Source: Klebsormidium nitens
Lineage: Eukaryota > Plantae > Klebsormidiophyceae
NCBI GenBank assembly: GCA_000708835.1
Contig: DF237143.1
Coordinates: 85,102-149,101 of the forward strand
Direction: 5' to 3'
Length of the DNA stretch: 64,000 nucleotides
This document shows positions 56,914 to 64,000 of this stretch, piece by piece. The position numbers were made by a program, and so were the translations under genes. The notes under the pieces were generated by a model. It was not told where the DNA came from. It worked only from the letters and a program-made list of their open reading frames with translations, and did not search any database. Within the stretch, counting starts at the first letter, position 1, and each line of letters starts with the position of its first letter.

Positions 56914-59900
56914 TCAGTCTCGCCAATTCCATTCCCGCTGGTAGTAATCATTATCCAACCCGAGCCACGCCTTGAACTTCTCTAGGAAGTCGTTCGCCCG
57001 CGGCGACCGCTCGATGATCTGCGTCCGGCTCGCGCGCCACGGCCGCTCCTGCTCCTCCGCAAACAGCTCCCCATACTTGCGCCGGTTGATCGCCATCCCT
57101 AGTTCCTCCATCAGGGCAATCACGCCCAGAGCGCGCTCGTAGTAACCCGCGCGCACGCACGCGCTCAGCACCTCATCGCACAGCCGCTGGTCGACCAAAA
57201 TCTCCCCCCGGGCGCTCGTCCCGACCGCTTTCTGCTCCCGGGGAGGGCCGTTCCGGCGCCCCGGGGATCCCCCCGACTCCCGCGCGGCCGCGTTCCGCGC
57301 CTTGATCTCCTTCCAGAGCACGAGCACTTCGCCGATGTCTTCCTGCCGCGAGAAGCCCAACACGAGCGATCCGTAGGTCGCAAGATCCGGCGACACTCCC
57401 GCGGTTTTCATCGCTTGAAAGACCTTTTTGGCGAGCGGCATCGCGCCCGCGCGGCAAAAGGTGTCGATGACGACATTCCACGCCGGACGGTCCAAGACGA
57501 CGGACGGGTCGTCGAGCATCGTCCGGAAGAGGCGCTCCGCGAAGGCGTGCTCTTGCGCGAGCCCCAAGCCGCGCATTGCCGTCGTGTAGGAGACGACCGT
57601 GGGGGCGATGTGGGACTCCTTCAACCTGCAAAAGAGACGGCCGAATGTGAGATCTGAGCGCTCAAAGAAGCAACTTTCGCTTTTGGAAAATTTACTTGAT
57701 ACCTTCCCGGTACTCCGAGTAACGAGAGGCCAGGATTTTGGCCCATGCATTTGGACAGCTGAAACAGGTAAGGGCAGAAACTTTCCTCCAGAAACATTGT
57801 TCAAACCGTGAACTTTTGCAGTCAGTGTTCATCCTGCGGGGCAATGTAGACGGTAGCAAATACAAGCTCGCAAGACATCCTCTGCCCGATCCGAAAGTGA
57901 ATGGTCGGTGGGCCACCTTGAACACCATGCCGACACTACCAGCACGATTCGATGTCTCCAAAGATGACACAACATTGGGGGACAAATGTAAGCCTGTCAA
58001 GCTGAACTTTCAGACTTGCAAGCAAGTGCGCAAATCCCTACTAGTCGAGACAAAAGACACTACTTGTGATGACCAGAAAACATGCGGGGATTGCCGGTCG
58101 CGCGCCTCAGAATGCTTCAGAAATTACTCAACCATGCGACAAAGACTTATCGCGTCTTCCGTACAGCCTTAGCAGGAATGACGACGGAAAGCTCCACATC
58201 GTCTCTTTGTCCTGGAACAGATTCTAAAACACGTTTGTCTAGGAAGAACCCGTTAAAAAGTTGGCAATCTTCGCCCGGAACACATTCTAAAACACAAAGT
58301 CTCCAAATAGAACCTGTTGTAACCTTGACAAATTTCAAAGCGAAGAACCCCCACCTTTTGAACCAGCGGAACGCCTCGCTGACTTGGTCCGCCTTGATGC
58401 ACAGGTCCATCATCGTATTGTACGTCACCACATCCGCCTCGACCCCCTCCTCCTCCATCTCTTTCCAGACCCCCAGCCCGGCCCTCATATCGCGCTCCCG
58501 ACAACACCCCCGCAATAGCGTATTGTACGTCACCGTGTTCGGCGCCACCCCCTGGCGCCGCATCCACGCCACCACCTTCCTCGCCACCCCTACTTTCCCC
58601 TTCCGCACGCACCCGTCGATCAGGACCGTGTACGTGACGACGTTCGGGAGCGCTTCCTGCCGGCCCCCCGCGGCGGCAACCATTTCTTCGACCAATTCGA
58701 ATGCCTCCCGTAACCGCCCCTCTTTCACGTACCCCCGCAAGAGAGCGGTGTAAGTTCGGACGGTCGGACGGACCGTTTGGACGCTGCCGCCGGCGTCCGG
58801 TCTCCGGGGCCGCTGCCGGGCCCCGGCGGTGGCTTCGTCACGGAGCTCCGAGAGCGTCGGCCACGGCCGGCCGGAAACGGACGCTTCCGGACCGTTCAAG
58901 ATTCCGATCGGACGATCCGAAGTCCTTTCCGTACGCTTTGAATTTGAGCCCGGTGCCGTCAGACCGTTCAGAGTCCACGTCTCCGGAGAGTCCGAACTTC
59001 GCCCCATCGGACCGCTCGCATCTGCCGGAGTCGGACGGCCCGACGCCCGACGTTCCTTGTTAAACGCTTCCGGCCGTCCGGAAATCGATTCCCCTTCCCG
59101 GTCTACTCTATCCGCTTCCGAGGATGTACTACCGCCGTTTCTAGCACTAGAATCTGTAGCTGACGGGGTAGCATCTATCTGCCCGTTTTCTAGCAACCCG
59201 CGTTCTGTTTTTCGGTCTTCCAGTCCGCTACTCGAAGCGCCCTCCAAGACCGGAGCTTGCGCCAAAATATTTCGTTCCGACTGCTGATTCTCCAACGCGT
59301 CTAGATTCTGCAACTCGTCTACTCCCTCAAAACTACCGTTTCTACCTGTTACCGGATAACTCACACCGGTCCGACTCCGCGAAGCAGAATCAGTGGTCTG
59401 CTCAGCGCTTCCATCCGCAATCCCAGGCTCGACTTTGTCAGCAGCCCAATCCGCAAACGCCGCTAGTTGAGAATCCGCTCCCACTTCCCCTTCGGCCCGC
59501 TCCTCCGAAACCCCTTCTTTAGACCCGGCCCCCTCCCCGTCTCCTTCTAACCCCACCGCTGTACTCTTTCTCCGTACTCCGGCCAACTCCCGCACCTCAT
59601 CCAGAACTCTCTCCGCCGATGCCACGTCACCCAGGGTCACGTGCCCCGCCACCCTCGTATTATAAGTCGACACGTCCGGCCGCACCCCGTCCCGTTTCAT
59701 GCTCTCCAGCCCCGCCAGCATCTCCCGCGCCTCCCCTATAAGCGCATAGCCCCTCAGCATGATATTATACGTCAGCACGTTGGGCTGTAAGCCCTCCGCC
59801 TGCAGCTGCGCCCATAAGGCCTCAGCGCGCGACATATCCCGCAGGGAGATGCACGCATTCAGTGCGGCATTATATGCGCCCGTGTCTGTATAAACCTCCT

Positions 59901-62745
59901 GGTTTCCGAAGCGCCACGAGCGGACCTCGTCCCAAATGCGCAGCGCTTGTTCCGCGGTTTTGGGATGCCGGCTGAAAACGCTCACGACGGCGCTCCACGT
60001 GGCCACACGTGGGCAGTAGCCGTAGGAACGCATCACCTGCGGGAAGCAGAAACGTGTCAATAAATTGTTTGCAGTGAAGTAGGTCGCCAACCTCTGATTG
60101 GAAAAGACTTTGCATGCTTTGGTACGTGTCTTTTGCAGTCGAACTCAGCTCTGGCATCGCTCTACAATCTGAAAAAGGACATATTTCTACTGCAGGGTGA
60201 AATGCTCATAATTTTCGTACCTGTCGCAGTTGTCTAGCTCTACGAAAATAGATTGTCACTTAAAGGGGCGGATCGACAAAGACATTTAAGCGAAGGGAAA
60301 ACTTGATTCCTCTTCACTTGAAGTCTCGACCCTACGACCCAAAGCCTGAAACAATGGCACTTCCTAAACCCCAGAACCTGTATCCGGGCATCATAAGAGT
60401 ACCAAACCCTGAACCTGTATTCAGGAACAGTAAAGTCCCTACAACCCGTATCATAGCATTATGAATGTTTGAGACCCCTGAAACTTCTATCCTGACATAG
60501 TAGAATCCAAAACTCTATAGCCGTGTCCTGGAATAACAAAGCTTTTCAACCCTTACAATCCGCGATATCAAACTTCAAAACCCCGTACCTGTAACAAAGC
60601 CCACGCCTCTTCTCTGCGCTCGATGCGCACCGCCTCTTGGACCAGCATCGCCAGCGCCGTGTCGTCCAGCCTCACCCCGGCCTCTTGAGACACGCTCAGG
60701 TACCAGTTATGCGCCGTTGCAAACCGCCGCTGACGACAGAGCAACGTCACCAGCCAGCTGTAGCTCCGCCGGCTGACCAAACCCCCCCGAGCGCGCCCGT
60801 CCTGCAACAGCCGGATCGCCTCGTCTAGTTTTCGCTCTCGTAAAAGGGACGAGAGCGCTTTGTCGAGATCGGGCATGAACACTCCCCCGCGGAGCTTGGC
60901 AGACCCCGTGCTAAGGTTTCCGTTTCCAATCACCCTCTCTCTAGTTCTTGCTTCCCCGGGTCTGCTTACAGACGTTCGCTCCGCACTAACTCCTACTTCC
61001 AAAATCCCGTTGTCTCCCGAACCACTCCGTCTTCTTCCCCCATCACTCTCCCCCCCTTGTCGCTCCTCTCCCGCTCTGCCCTGTCTAGTTCTCTCCCCTG
61101 CGACTGTTTCCTCCCAACTTCTTTCCTCTTCACGCGTTCCCCCTCTAGTTCCCTTCCTCGTCACTTCGACACTGTTTCGTGCAAAATGCAGCCGCGCTTC
61201 AAGGACCCCCGGGTTAAGCGCCCTAACCCTCGCGCGCTGCGCTTTGAGAGCAGCCACTCTGGCATCAGCCTCTCTGATCTTTGCTTCTATCTCTTCACTG
61301 CCGCCACCTCTTCTTGACTCAACTCGTTTCTGTAAAGCTTCCTCACTCAACACAACCTCGCCCCCAACGTCCTCCTCTCGCAGACCCCCCCGAATCGCTT
61401 TCAACCACCAGCCCTCGCCCCCCTTCTGGGGGGGTGCCGTGGCCCGCAAATTCTCCCCCCCCTCAGACGTGCTGCTCTCGCCCCCGCTCTCGCCCCCGCT
61501 CTCCGAGTCGCTTCCGCTTGAGTTCCCGCCCTCCGAGTCGCCCCCGCTGACATCATTGCTAACGTCACCATTATTGTTCCCCCCAAAAGTATCCTTCGCC
61601 CGCAAGCCCCCGCTCACTGCATCCGACACCCATTCCACGTCAGCAGCCACTCGGTTCTCCCCCCGACTTCGTTCGCCACTGCTTTTTCCCCCAGCAGCGG
61701 CGGCTTTTCGCCTCTGCCTCCGTTCAGCGGGGCTTGGTTTCGCAGTGGGGGGTTCGCTGGGCTCAGCTTGCGAGCCCCTTGCCGAAGATGGGGCGTCCTC
61801 GGCAGCTCCCGGTTCTGCACCCCTTCCATTGGATACTTGTTCGCTGGGGCCTCTCTCTCGGTCTATAAGGGCAGATCGCCTAAGTGGGGTTCGCCGTCTA
61901 GCAGTCTGTCGCAGTGGGGCAAGTCTGGGGGGGAGGGAGGAGCTGGCTACTAGTTTTGGGGGCCTGGATTTTGAGCAAAGGCAGTTCCCCCTTCTCGCTT
62001 CGAAGACCGAAGCGCCTGGGGGTGTCTTTGCAGCCAGGAGAGCTGTGAGCAACCAATCAGAATCAGCGGTGGCACTTGTGGTATGCTAACAAGTACGCGG
62101 CTCAAACTCTTCAAATCAGGTCAATTTCTTGATACAAGTAATTGGAAGCCACTTAACTCAAGGACGAGAGACTGCTCGGTGAATCAATGCTGGCAAACTG
62201 TCGCTCCGGCAGCGTGCGGTCAGGATTCCCTAGTAAACCAAGCCTCTTCCAAGTTCAAAAGCCAGGTAGAAACGAAGACATTCTAGGAGACCAACTTACC
62301 CGAGACCCACCGCACCTGGCAGGCCCAGGCGGCATTTGCTATGGGCTGCTCCAACCTGCATGATTAGGAAGATAAACTGTGAGAGAGCGGAATCTTGTTT
62401 CCACCTCAGGAAACAGCACCAGCTGTCTCGTTCAGCTGCGGTGGGAACTATGGAGACACTGGCCTTGATAGTAATGACCTTCCACGTTTTTCTTTTCCTT
62501 CTGTTCCAAAACCGCTTCTCCGCCCCAAAATCTACTTGTTTTCCACAAAGGGGCATGTCATTGATAGGTGGGGTATGAGGGCTTTACATTTTGAATCTTC
62601 AAAGTTAATGGCGCCAAGCAAGACAGGACATTCCATAACATAACAAAGTACAGGGAAAGGGCGCCAAGAAAAGAAAGGAAGGAAGGAAGCATCACCTGCT
62701 GATATGGGCGACGGCATGGCCCCTGACAAGCGCCACCTTCACCAT
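56914..62745 (-). CDS. HCF152: P-class pentatricopeptide repeat protein, HCF152-like, about 1317 aa, 5 exons
   Basis: Exons 62745-62696, 62355-62300, 62042-60589, 60036-58355, 57625-56914; 3954 nt, phase-consistent; the start Met is less certain. Many PPR motifs (PNVLTYNIMLRGY, PNVVTYTVLIDGC, PTVVSYTTAMRG). The C-terminus LVLWKEIK...CVRAGYYERAL...FKAWLGLDNDYYQREW matches the HCF152 tail as I recall it (LLLWKEIK...FKFWLGLPNSYYGSEW). Confidence 0.85.
60330..60585. repeat. Degenerate AAACCC(T/C)-rich tandem repeat in PPR gene intron
   Basis: Related units such as AAACCCCAGAACCTGTATCCGGG, AAACCCTGAACCTGTATTCAGG, CCCTACAACCCGTATCATAG and ACCCCTGAAACTTCTATCCTG. Confidence 0.5.
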
Positions 62746-64000
62746 GTGCAAGACGCAACTACCGCTCTGCTCCACAGCGCCTGCCCTCTGAGCAACTACA
62801 AATTGGCAGGCAAAGCACCAGATACAATCAACCTTCAGAATGAAGCCCACTTAAGTGCTAGCATCATAAAAGAATCATGGCGACCGGCCTTCCTGATTAC
62901 TGATTCACCAATGAAATCCACTGCCTAACTCTAGCAGTGCACCCCGTCAGCTGTTGCGGTGACCTGATCTTTGGCCTTCTTGTTCGTATGATTGTGAATC
63001 TTTCAATCTCGGTGCAAGGTAGCGCTCCCCCCCTTGCGAAGTTCTAGCGTCTGAAGGTCGAAAAGTACTGTTCTCTGCCCGCGCGCATCACGCTTGCATC
63101 AGACGGTTGACTTTGTGCATGCACTTTCTACAGAGATCTGAAGCAACCAAAGCTACCACTGCTGAACACCTCATCATCAAGCTACAATAAGACGCACCAC
63201 CTAACAGAATAAGGTATGCGATTCTGCAAACTCGAAAGCACCCTCAGGGGCGTCGATCCAGAAACAACTGTCCAGTTACTTTATACAAGCAAATGGAGAC
63301 CAGCTTGAATGCTGATAAGCGGAAAGTTGTTTGAATGACAGATGGCGAACAACAATGACCACGTTCCTAATTTTTCTTGGCATGGAGGCGCTCATTCATT
63401 GTAGAAGTCCACAAAATTTTCGTGAACCAAAATTTCAAGCGCTTTCATTAAGCTTCTCAACGATGCCAGATCACATTCTAAACCACCATTGATCGCCGTG
63501 GATTTTAAACAGCATGTCTCACCACCTCAGCCTCGATGTGACAGAGATCAACCGAATAGATGATCAGTAGGCATACCTTTTGGATGCTTAGATGAGCTGC
63601 CCGGCAGCATTCAAGCTCCTTTTGTGCCCAGCTGATCGCACCACTCTCCACCGTGTGTCCCCACCCTCTTCAGCACAACGAAAAAGCTGGCCAGCAAAAG
63701 AAGAAACAAATGCAAATGCCAAAACCAGCCCTGCCACGCCACGTACCCCGTATTTCTAACAAGTGCGAGGGCGGCTGAACACTTGCCACGTCAACGGCCG
63801 GTGTCCGGTGGCGGTTCCGCCCTCCGGTGTCCGCTTTCACGACCATGACCGGATCTGCACTGCCCCTTAGCTGGGGCACGTTTCAATCAAGTCAGTAAGT
63901 ACCGTCATTACTGAACTTCTCAGCACACGCCATACCTAGAATATTGCCTTGTTTCTACATAAATGGCCGTTTATCGTCGAAACCGGTGAATCTGGTGACT

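Noticed and set aside
62043-62052. TTG start of ORF 60568-62052
   Set aside because: It lies in an intron; the acceptor TTGCTCACAG at 62043 joins two upstream exons in phase.
60860-62089. 409-aa plus-strand ORF
   Set aside because: Antisense shadow of the GC-rich PPR exon; Ser/Pro/Leu-rich, with no independent motifs.

Overview
Intron-rich eukaryotic nuclear DNA. The gene content (plant-type ICL, an HCF152-like PPR, ERD7-like, plus flagellar AK7) points to a streptophyte green alga, Klebsormidium-like; this is my inference and no database was searched. I assembled spliced models by hand, with consistent splice phases, for: an ERD7/senescence-domain protein (+), DNA gyrase A (19 exons, -), isocitrate lyase with PTS1 (+), adenylate kinase 7 with Dpy-30 (-), an OCRL/INPP5B-type inositol 5-phosphatase-ASH-RhoGAP-like protein (+), an HCF152-like PPR protein (-), a small coiled-coil protein (+) and an unknown membrane protein (-). 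There is also a tandem pair of intronless F-box/LRR-like genes, one with an in-frame stop. The most unusual sequence-level observations are: a fused mitochondrial nad1+atp1 insertion in an intron; introns on both sides of the ASH exon filled with degenerate copies of neighbouring exon edges; a perfect 90-bp palindrome centred on a splice acceptor; a small inverted-repeat element with a 3' hairpin between the F-box paralogs; a decayed RING finger; and a dense GTAC cluster in a promoter. I found no rRNA, convincing tRNA or CRISPR array. No multi-gene novel system is demonstrable from the sequence alone.
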